DNA of 62,991 nucleotides, the filler included, from Nemertoderma westbladi (Eukaryota; Animalia; Xenacoelomorpha), in assembly GCA_032718475.1 (NCBI GenBank). It is 3 parts of 3 records of this genome, joined end to end, with 100 filler letters (N's around TTAATTAATTAA, not from the genome) between each part and the next. Parts side by side here need not be neighbours in the genome. Positions count along the whole stretch, not along the records: positions 1 to 28,327 come from JAUCBJ010006427.1; 2 more parts are not named here. One strand, written 5' to 3'. Position 1 is the stretch's first letter. Each line of letters opens with the position of its first letter. Position numbers and translations under genes: made by a program. Shown here piece by piece: positions 15,332-25,448 of this stretch. The notes under the pieces were generated by a model. That model was not told the DNA's origin. It worked only from the letters and a program-made list of their open reading frames with translations, and did no database searches.

Positions 15332-15991
15332 ATGTCTTGGGACCAAACCGATTCGAACGGGTTCGATTTACCCGACGAATTCGACGGCGAGCCGGACGTG
15401 AAAGTAATCTGTTTGGGGGACAGCGCGGTCGGCAAGTCTAAACTAATCGAGCGGTTTCTAATGGACGAGTACAAGCCCCACCAACTGTCGACCTATGCGC
15501 TCACCTTGTTCCGTCACAAGGAAACCTTGGAAGACGGACAGACACTCACCGTGGACTTCTGGGATACCGCCGGACAGGAACGCTTCCAGAAGATGCACCC
15601 CTCGTATTACCACAAAGCCCACGCGTGTATACTAGTGTTCGACGTGACGAGAAAGATAACGTATAAAAACCTGAAACTCTGGTACAAGGAACTGCGGGAG
15701 ATGCGGCCCGAGATTCCGTGTTTGTTGGTCGCCAATAAAATCGATGCCAACATGTCGATGACGACAAAGGCCTTCAGTTTCGGCAACGATAATTCTCTCC
15801 CGTTCTTCTTCGTCTCGGCGTCGGACGGAACCAACGTGGTCCGAGTGTTCCGACAGGCCATCCGAGCCGCCCACAAGTACAAGTTGAACCCATCGGATTT
15901 CACCGACGCCATCTACGACGAGCTCGAGCGGTTCAATGACCTAGAATTCGTCGTGGAAGGCAACTCCGATGCCGTTGACCCCGTGTTTTAG
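15332..15991 (+). CDS. RABL2: Rab-like protein 2 (ciliary/IFT-B-associated small GTPase), single coding exon, 219 aa from the first ATG
   Basis: G1 GDSAVGKS, the RABL2-typical QLSTYALTL segment, G3 DFWDTAGQERF, SYYHKAHACI, ELR..RPEIPC, G4 NKID and G5 SAS. No C-terminal prenylation cysteines, as expected for RABL2. The ORF track starts at an upstream GTG (15299); the first ATG is at 15332. Confidence 0.95.
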   Translation: MSWDQTDSNGFDLPDEFDGEPDVKVICLGDSAVGKSKLIERFLMDEYKPHQLSTYALTLFRHKETLEDGQTLTVDFWDTAGQERFQKMHPSYYHKAHACILVFDVTRKITYKNLKLWYKELREMRPEIPCLLVANKIDANMSMTTKAFSFGNDNSLPFFFVSASDGTNVVRVFRQAIRAAHKYKLNPSDFTDAIYDELERFNDLEFVVEGNSDAVDPVF

Positions 15992-16687
15992 TTGGAAGTG
16001 AACTGATATGTACTTAATATAGGAGACCCTCCCCACCCCACCCCCCCCCCCCCCCACACCCGCACCATACATACCCACGTCAACTCGCAGCCAATAGATC
16101 CAAGACCGTTTGTCTTCTCGAATCAACACTGACCTGTTATACTTATATTTTATATGTTTTTTTACTGTCTTATTTGGAGACGTTGTTGTGGTCGCAAATC
16201 CTATCACGGCGAATTTAGATTGTGGCATGTTATGCTAACCAAAATAATAAACGGAATTAATTCCCAATCAGCTGATATTTGCGACGATTTCCACTGGAGA
16301 GGGATGTGTTTTGATTGCAAGACCCACCGTTCCCTGTCTGCTAGTATGTTTATTGAAGTTTTTTTTATTATTGACATGCAATATATATTTGATGCACAAA
16401 ATATAATATTTTTACATCAAAAATTCAGCTTTATTTCACTAAATGAACAACTAATTATCACCTATCCTATCACTATCTTAAGACACCAGCATACTGGTTG
16501 GTCGGGTATGTAGGTGGTGGAGGTTAGCCAAGGTTATAATCAGTAATATAGGTTCCGATTCTGGTGTAAAATTACAAATTTTGTGTTTATCGGCAAAAAA
16601 TTCACTATTAAACTACAAAATAAATATCTTTATAATTATTATAAAGTTCAGCTGATGAAAACTGACAACTCTTTGTAACCAAAAGGG

Positions 16688-17325
16688 TAACAATGAATTT
16701 AAATTGTTTGTAACAATGAATTTAAATTCTTTGTAACAATGAATTTAAATTCTTTGTAACAATGAATTTAAATTGTTTGTAATAATGAATTTAAATTCTT
16801 TGTAACAATGAATTTAAATTCTTTGTAACAATGAATTTAAATTCTTTGTAACAATGAATTTAAATTGTTTGTAATAATGAATTTAAATTCTTTGTAACAA
16901 TGAATTTAAATTCTTTGTAACAATGAATTTAAATTGTTTGTAACAATGAATTTAAATTCTTTGTAACAATGAATTTAAATTGTTTGTAACAATGAATTTA
17001 AATTGTTTGTAACAATGAATTTAAATTGTTTGTAACAATGGATTTAAATTGTTTGTAACAATGAATTTAAATTCTTTGTAACAATGAATTTAAATTCTTT
17101 GTAACAATGAATTTAAATTGTTTGTAACAATGAATTTAAATTCTTTGTAACAATGAATTTAAATTCTTTGTAACAATGAATTTAAATTCTTTGTAACAAT
17201 GAATTTAAATTGTTTGTAACAATGAATTTAAATTGTTTGTAACAATGAATTTAAATTGTTTGTAACAATGAATTTAAATTGTTTGTAACAATGAATTTAA
17301 ATTGTTTGTAACAATGAATTTAAAT
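16688..17325. repeat. 23-bp AT-rich minisatellite (GAATTTAAATTSTTTGTAACAAT), about 28 units
   Basis: Visible period of 23. The C variant contains the perfect 12-bp palindrome GAATTTAAATTC. Confidence 0.98.
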
Positions 17326-19027
17326 AGGTAGGGGTGGGCTACCCGAAGGTAGAGGTTGGCGCTACTCCTACCTGCTACCCACAGGTAGGGCTGGTCGCTA
17401 CTCCTATCTGCTACCCGCAGGTAGGGGTGGTCGCTACTCCTATCTGCTACCCGCAGGTAGGTGTGGGCGCTACTCCTACCTGCTACCCGCAGGTAGGTGT
17501 GGGCGCTACTCCTATCTGCTACCCGAGTGTAGGGATGGGCGCTACTCCTATCTGCTACCCGAGTGTAGGGATGGGCGCTACTCCTATCTGCTATCCGATG
17601 GTAGGGGTGGTCGCTTCTCCTATCTGGTACCCGAGGGTAGGGGTGGGCGCTACTCCTATCTGCCACCCTAAGGTAGGGGTGGGCGCTACTCCTACCTGCT
17701 ATCCGAGGGTAGGGATGGGCGCTACTCCTATCTGCTACCCGAAGGTAGGGGTGGACGCTACTCCTATCTGCTTCCCGAAGGTAGGGGTGGGCGCTACTCC
17801 TATCTGCTACCCGAAGGTAGGGGTGGACGCTACTCCTTTCTGCCACCCTAAGGTAGGGGTGGGCGCTACTCCTATGTGCTACCCGAAGGTAGGGGTGGGC
17901 GCTACTCCTATCTGCTACCCGAAGGTAGGGGTGGGCGCTACTCCTATCTGCTATCCGAAGGTAGGGGTGGGCGCTACTCCTATGTGCTACCCGAAGGTAG
18001 GGGTGGGCGCTACTCCTATCTGCTATCCGAAGGTAGGGGTGGGCGCTACTCCTATCTGCTACCCGAAGGTAGGGGTGGACGCTACTCCTATCTGCCACCC
18101 TAAGGTAGGGGTGGGCGCTACTCCTACCTGCTATCCGAGGGTAGGGATGGGCGCTACTCCTATCTGCTACCCGAAGGTAGGGGTGGACGCTACTCCTATC
18201 TGCTACCCGAAGGTAGGGGTGGGCGCTACTCCTATCTGCTACCCGAAGGTAGGGGTGGACGCTACTCCTATCTGCTACCCGAAGGTAGGGGTGGGCGCTA
18301 CTCCTATCTGCTACCCAAAGGTAGGGATGGGCGCTACTCCTATCTGCTATCCGAAGGTAGGGGTGGGCGCTACTCCTATCTGCTACCCGAAGGTAGGGGT
18401 GGGCGCTACTCCTATCTGGTACCCGAAGGTAGGGGTGGGCGCTACTCCTATCTGCTACCCGAAGGTAGGGGTGGGCGCTACTCCTATCTGCTACCCGAAG
18501 GTAGGGGTGGGCGCTACTCCTATCTGCTATCCGATGGTAGGGGTGGTCGCTTCTCCTATCTGGTACCCGAGGGTAGGGGTGGGCGCTACTCCTATCTGCT
18601 ACCCGAAGGTAGGGGTGGACGCTACTCCTATCTGCCACCCTAAGGTAGGGGTGGGCGCTACTCCTATCTGCTACCCGAGGGTAGGGGTGGGTGCTACACC
18701 TATCTGCTACCCGAAGGTAGAGGTAGGCGCTACTCATATCTGCTATCCGAGGGTAGGGGTGGGCGCTACTCCTATCTGCTACCCGAAGGTAGGGGTGGAC
18801 GCTACTCCTATCTGCCACCCTAAGGTAGGGGTGGGCGCTACTCCTATCTGCTACCCGAAGGTAGGGGTGGGCGCTACTCCTATCTGCCACCCTAAGGTAG
18901 GGGTGGGCGCTACTCCTATCTGCTACCCGAAGGTAGGGGTGGGAGCTACTCCTATCTGCTACCCGAAGGTAGGGGTGGGCGCTACTCCTATCTGCTATCC
19001 GATGGTAGGGGTGGGCGCTACTCCTAT
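17326..19027. repeat. 36-bp GC-rich minisatellite (CTCCTATCTGCTACCCGAAGGTAGGGGTGGGCGCTA), about 47 units
   Basis: Period of 36, which gives the 12-aa repeats in the two long ORFs on opposite strands. Directly abuts the 23-bp array on the left and a SINE on the right. Confidence 0.98.
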
Positions 19028-19162
19028 TCCTAATTTTTCGTCCAGTTTTTAAAGTGGACCTCATTTTATCGAACAAGGGGATGAAAGGCTGCGTGAACCG
19101 TGGCGGGGCTGAACCTACCACCAATAGATTGCTGCCCCGCCACTCAGCCAACTGAGCTACAT
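19028..19162 (-). mobile_element. tRNA-derived SINE (head and central domain); its 3' part continues into the 36-bp array
   Basis: The minus strand reads GTAGCTCAGTTGG (Pol III A box) ... GGTTCAGCCCC (degenerate B box) ... CAGCCTTTCATCCCC...GATAAAATGAGGTCC. I recall the last motif from conserved central domains of animal SINEs. It does not fold into a complete tRNA. Confidence 0.7.
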
Positions 19163-19381
19163 ATTTGTAACTACAGCAATAAAACAATTTGTTTTACTGC
19201 AGTTTCAAATCAAATTTAAATTATTTATACTGCAGTAAAAAATAATTGGTATTTATCTCCAGTAAAAAATATTTATTACTGCTGAATTTTGATTGAATGT
19301 TGTTGTTGTGTAATGCAGTAATGTAAGCCTCACTAAGTATTATGTACAGTATGGTGTAGTCCTCACGGTTTATGCAGTATC

Positions 19382-22197
19382 GTGTAGGCCTCACTGTATT
19401 TTGTATGGTGTAGGCCTAACTCTGTGTGTATGTTGTTGTATAATGTAGGCCTCACTGTATTTTGTATGGTGTAGGCCTAACTCTGCGTGTATGTTGTTGT
19501 ATCGTGTAGGCCTCACTGTATTTTGTATGGTGTAGGCCTAACTCTGTGTGTATGTTGTTGTATAATGTAGGCCTCACTGTATTTTGTATGGTGTAGGCCT
19601 AACTCTATGTGTATGTTCTTGTATAATTTTGGCCTCACTAAGTATTATGTATGATGTAGGCCTCACTGTATTTTGTATGGTATAGGCCTAACTCTGTGTG
19701 TATGTTGTTGTATAATGTAGGCCTCACTGTATTTTGTATGGTGTAGGACTAACTTTGTGTGTATGTTGTTGTTGTATAATGTAGGCCTCACTGTATTTTG
19801 TATGGTGTAGGCCTAACTCTGTGTGTATGTTGTTGTATAATGTAGGCCTCACTGTATTTTGTATGGTGTAGGACTAACTTTGTGTGTATGTTGTTGTATA
19901 ATGTAGGCCTCACTGTATTTTGTATGGTGTAGGCCTAACTCTGTGTGTATGTTGTTGTATCGTGTAGGCCTCACTGTATTTTGTATGGTGTAGGCCTAAC
20001 TCTGTGTGTATGTTCTTGTATAATGTTGGCCTCACTAAGTATTATATATGATGTAGGCCTCACGGTTTATGCAGTATCGTGTAGGCCTCACTGTATTTTG
20101 TATGGTATAGGCCTAACTCTGTGTGTATGTTGTTGTATCGTGTAGGCCTCACTGTATTTTGTATGGTGTAGGCCTAACTCTGTGTGTATGTTCTTGTATA
20201 ATGTAGGCCTCACGGTTTATGCAGTATCGTGTAGGCCTCACTGTATTTTGTATGGTATAGGCCTAACTCTGTGTGTATGTTGTTGTATAATGTAGGCCTC
20301 ACGGTTTATGCAGTATCGTGTAGGCGTCATTGTATTTTGTATGGTGTAGGCCTAACTCTGTGTGTATGTTGTTGTATAATGTAGGCCTCACTGTATTTTG
20401 TATGGTATAGGCCTAACTCTGTGTGTATGTTGTTGTATAATGTAGGCCTCACTGTATTTTGTATGGTGTAGGCCTAACTCAATGTGTATGTTCTTGTATA
20501 ATGTTGGCCTCACTAAGTATTATGTATGATGTAGGCCTCACGGTTTATGCAGTATCGTGTAGGCCTCACTGTATTTTGTATAGTATAGGCCTAACTCTGT
20601 GTGTATGTTGTTGTATCGTGTAGGCCTCACTGTATTTTGTATGGTGTAGGCCTACAATGTTGGCCTCACTAAGTATTATGTATGATGTAGGCCTCACGGT
20701 TTATGCAGTATCGTGTAGGCCTCACTGTATTTTGTATGGTATAGGCCTAACTCTGTGTGTATGTTGTTGTATAATGTAGGCCTCACTGTATTTTGTATGG
20801 TGTAGGCCTAACTCTGTGTGTATGTTGTTGTATAATGTAGGCCTCACTGTATTTTGTATGGTGTAGGCCTAACTCTGCGTGTATGTTGTTGTATCGTGTA
20901 GGCCTCACTGTATTTTGTATGGTGTAGGCCTAATTATGTGTGTATGTTGTTGTATAATGTAGGCCTCACTGTATTTTGTATGGTGTAGGCCTAACTCTGT
21001 GTGTATGTTGTTGTATCATGTAGGCCTCACTGTATTTTGTATGGTGTAGGCCTAACTATGTGTGTATGTTGTTGTATCGTGTAGGCCTCACTGTATTTTG
21101 TATGGTGTAGGCCTAACTCTGTGTGTATGTTGTTGTTGTATAATGTAGGCCTCACTGTATTTTGTATGGTGTAGGCCTAACTCTGTGTGTATGTTGTTGT
21201 TGTATAATGTAGGCCTCACTGTATTTTGTATGGTGTAGGCCTAACTATGTGTGTATGTTGTTGTATCGTGTAGGCCTCACTGTATTTTGTATGGTGTAGG
21301 CCTAACTCTGTGTGTATGTTGTTGTTGTATAATGTAGGCCTCACTGTATTTTGTATGGTGTAGGCCTAACTATGTGTGTATGTTGTTGTATCGTGTAGGC
21401 CTCACTGTATTTTGTATGGTGTAGGCCTAACTCTGTGTGTATGTTGTTGTTGTATAATGTAGGCCTCACTGTATTTTGTATGGTGTAGGCCTAACTCTGT
21501 GTGTATGTTGTTGTATAATGTAGGCCTCACTGTATTTTGTATGGTGTAGGCCTAACTCTGTGTGTATGTTGTTGTATAATGTAGGCCTCACTGTATTTTG
21601 TATGGTGTAGGCCTAACTCTGTGTGTATGTTGTTGTTGTATAATATAGGCCTCACTGTATTTTGTATGGTGTAGGCCTAACTCTGTGTGTATGTTGTTGT
21701 ATAATGTAGGCCTCACTGTATTTTGTATGGTGTAGGCCTAACTATGTGTGTATGTTGTTGTATCGTGTAGGCCTCACTGTATTTTGTATGGTGTAGGCCT
21801 AACTCTGTGTATGTTGTTGTTATATAATGTAGGCCTCACTGTATTTTGTATGGTGTAGGCCTAACTCTGTGTGTATGTTGTTGTATAATGTAGGCCTCAC
21901 TGTATTTTGTATGGTGTAGGCCTAACTCTGTGTGTATGTTGTTGTATAATGTAGGCCTCACTGTATTTTGTATGGTGTAGGCCTAACTCTGTGTGTATGT
22001 TGTTGTTGTATAATATAGGCCTCACTGTATTTTGTATGGTGTAGGCCTAACTCTGTGTGTATGTTGTTGTATAATGTAGGCCTCACTGTATTTTGTATGG
22101 TGTAGGCCTAACTCTGTGTGTATGTTCTTGTATAATGTTGGCCTCACTGTATTTTGTATGGTGTAGGCCTAACTCTGTGTGTATGTTGTTGTATAAT
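19382..22197. repeat. 61-bp minisatellite built from 26-bp and 35-bp subunits that each begin GTAGGCCT, about 45 units
   Basis: Unit GTAGGCCTCACTGTATTTTGTATGGT-GTAGGCCTAACTCTGTGTGTATGTTGTTGTATAAT. Variant subunits (CACGGTTTATGCAG, CACTAAGTATTATG) occur in the left half and also in the left flank. Confidence 0.98.
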
Positions 22198-23303
22198 TTT
22201 ATGCCTCACGGTGTATGATGTGAGACTTGCTGATAAACTAATAAATTGTTAACTTATTTCATATTTTCAATAACGCGGTTCAAATAATCTCTGTATTTCA
22301 GCAATGACATATTTTTTTACATGTACAGTAATTTTTAAAATTATCTATCAGAGAGTACAACTAACTCTACTGAGTGTACAAATATTACCGACGCCTACCT
22401 AATTAATATTCCTGCGAATTTTAGTTACCGTAGCCTCGCTAGGCATTCGTGTCATTTTTTCATTTTATTATTTTTTTTTCAATTCACCAGTGTTTTTGGT
22501 GCCTTTTCTTTTCCCTACGGAAATATTATTTTTAATTGTGTTTCTCTTACGGCCCCATTGTATTGGACACGTCTTTAAAATATTATATTATTTATGAAAT
22601 ATAGTATTTATTTACTCAAAGAGACATACAAAGGATATCAACAATAGATACAGTACAATGTGATATTAATTATGTTTTCTGTATATTTATATCTGTATAT
22701 AATTATGTATAATGTTTTAATAATTATTTTACGGTAAATTAAATATTACAGCCACGATATGAAAATGTGCAGGTATTAAGTGTGGGTCACAAAACTGTGA
22801 CACCAACTTTACTTTACTTATACAGTCGCTGTAATATTGGAATAGCTGCAATGTTTATGAATAATCAATGTTATTACATTATTACACTATATGAACTGTA
22901 TTAATTCAACTCAGTTATTATATATTACATTGTTCAGTTACATTATTTTAATATTAAATATCACTTGACTTTACTGAGCCATGGAAATAGTTATTAATAT
23001 TATAATGTTGGGGGAGGGGTTGTGGGGTATTAATCAGGTGATGGGGGATGGCTTTACGTGACACCTGTGGTAGTGTCGTAATTCCCAAGATGCTATCCGA
23101 AGTATACATTTTCCAAGTAGAAAGTTTTCCTTCGAGAAGGTAAGATAAAAGCAGTTTAGTTTATTACGGTAAAAAACAGCATGTTTTGCCGTTATTCTAT
23201 ATTTTTTTGTAGTTTTAGGGGTGTAAGACTCTTGTTACCTTTAAGTTTATAGCTAGTATATGCCAAGGAATGAGGGAGCTAGCTGGAAGTATAGAGTGAC
23301 GAT

Positions 23304-23820
23304 GCATTTTGATAAACTCAATTACGTTTTGATCAATTAACACACATTTCTTAAAGCAAATTACTTGAACTAATTAAAAACTATAATGGAATGGGGTATG
23401 GGGATTACAATTGTATAATTTTTAAGTATGATTATTGAAATATGCTATAAAATAATTAATTTCCACTAAAAGTCATGTTGAAAATGCTGTTTTTACCCTA
23501 ATCAACTTAATTAACTGCTATTATCTTAGCTTCTCGAAGGCCACACGCAAATTCAACATCGAAAATTTCTAAACTTTTGCCAAACAACATGTGTACGAAT
23601 TTTGGATAGATTTCATTGATATTTGGCTGAGATATTAACGTTTAAAATTGGACACAACAGAACGACAGACTGATTGAAAAACTACCACCTAAAACAAATG
23701 AACTGACTCTAAGTGGTCCAGTGGCTCAGTACATTTATTTTTAGAACAACAAACACACCGATTGAGTTAGTGGTACCCGTATGCTAAGCTCGCTTACTTT
23801 CGTGGCGTGACTCGCCCCAC
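23304..23820 (+). mobile_element. Dispersed non-autonomous repeat, copy 1 (~500 bp; possibly rolling-circle derived)
   Basis: Colinear with 36439-36877 (shared ACACATTTCTTAAAGCAAAT, GCTGTTTTTACCCTAATCAACTTAATTAA, TATGCTAAGCTCGCTTACTTTCGTGGC...CTCGCCCCACA). Contains ACAG-type microsatellite remnants. Confidence 0.75.
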
Positions 23821-24296
23821 AGTATATTGTAATGTACCCAAGGACATCTCTACTACATACGTCTAATACTACGTAGTAGAGTTGTCCTTCTTGAATGTAC
23901 CGTAATTTACATTTAGATGTAGTGATGTAGATTAGTATTTATGTCAGTACTCATTAAGTAATCAACTATTAAGTAATCATTTGTGCAACAGCAACGGGTG
24001 ACACGTGACACTCATTGCTGCACTGGGTGTCAAGTAACACCCATCATCCCTTCTGCCCTTTCATGAGAGGTTCCATGGGAGGTGCATGGAGTTTGGCTTG
24101 AAATTTATCTTCCAGTAGCTGACAAGCTGAGTATGCCATATGCTAGTATGGAGTAGGTAGTCTTTGTGTTGTAGTACCCGGTTGAATTGAAATTCGGATA
24201 ACCAAACCTCAAAAACTCAAAGTCTCTTGTCAGCTTGTACTCGGAATTACATACAGACTCCAGAGACGAGAGCGGTCTCATCCCAAAGATCAGAAG

Positions 24297-25290
24297 ATGT
24301 ACCGTATGCTTATTTTCTGTCCCGGTACGGAATCTCTCCTCCATGGTTGCTCCGTTGCCCGGTTCCGTCTACCCAATGCCAATATATTCCGTCAGAAATC
24401 CTCAAACTCCCGCGATGACGATGCAAATAGGGGCGACGATTTTTGGAGCGATAAAATCAAAAGACGACAAACTGAACGGAAAGTAAGAGGGGAAGGAATT
24501 AACCGCAGTTCCAATGAACCCACAAACCAGCAGAGCAGACTGGAGTCCTTGGCAGACAGAATGAAGTCACTAAAAGATTTATTGCGGGGTACCGGAAAGC
24601 CCGAAATAAATAATAAAAACGGGGTCCCTAATACGGAAGAAGAGAATAAATCTCGAGAGAAGGTCGAAGATTCCGGAAGAGATGAATTAGTGCGGAGGCT
24701 ATCCCAAATATATGGGAACTCGCGGGTATCAGATAACAGAAGGAATAGAGACATTGGGAGGGGAGATTCTGGCGGTATAGGTCGTAGGGACAGTCGCGAA
24801 GGGACGTCACCCTCACGTAAACAGGTCCGAAACGATATGTCCAGCTTCCTTAGCCGATGGAACATGGAGGGCGGGATTCCCAGAAAGGAAGATCTGCTAA
24901 GTAAAAGCGGGAAGATGCGGGGAGCTTTGGCACCGGGTGGTTCCGGACCTGATTCGGAACCGGATAGTTCCGCACACCGTCGTGGTTCCGCTCAGCGTGG
25001 TTCCGGGCGTGGTTCGGAACCGGGTGATTCCGATAGGTTAAAGAGAGTCGTCGAGTCGCTATTCCTCGGGGACATTCAGCCGAAGACCCCTTCCTCCCGT
25101 GGTATTACTCCCGCCGATATAAATAGAGACATTCGGGTCATGCGGAGACCCAGACTACATAGTGGTGAAGGGTCTGTTGGTACCGGTACCGGTACTTATG
25201 GGGAACACAGACAGACTGAAAGGGGAAGGAGGCGGGTTCGTAGGGAAGTTCCAACCGAGAGGAACACGGAAATTGGATATAAGAATTTAG
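24297..25290 (+). CDS. Probable large first coding exon of an unidentified gene (Arg/Ser/Gly-rich, likely disordered; N-terminus could be a mitochondrial presequence)
   Basis: A 332-codon ATG-initiated ORF, GC/CpG-rich against AT-rich flanks. It ends in AG|GTTAGT (25290/25291), a good splice donor that would put the TAG at 25293-25295 in an intron. No recognisable domain or TE motif. Confidence 0.6.
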
Positions 25291-25448
25291 GTTAGTTTCA
25301 TCATATATTCATATAGAGTAATACTGATTACTGAAAGATTACTTCAGTTAATACTACCGGTACCGCAACAGGTTCTCTTTATTCCTGGAAAACTATAACG
25401 CTCCAGAGCAGCTTTCAAAAAAGCACTTAGACATTGTAAAAAGAACGA

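Noticed and set aside
19090-19162. Functional tRNA gene
   Set aside because: The A box is good, but the T loop is degenerate and there is no acceptor stem. It continues into a SINE-type domain.
17274-19187. 637-aa (-) and 572-aa (+) repetitive ORFs
   Set aside because: They are by-products of a 36-bp unit that lacks stops in one frame per strand. They start at non-ATG codons, have no unique domain, and the 5' part of the minus ORF is a SINE.
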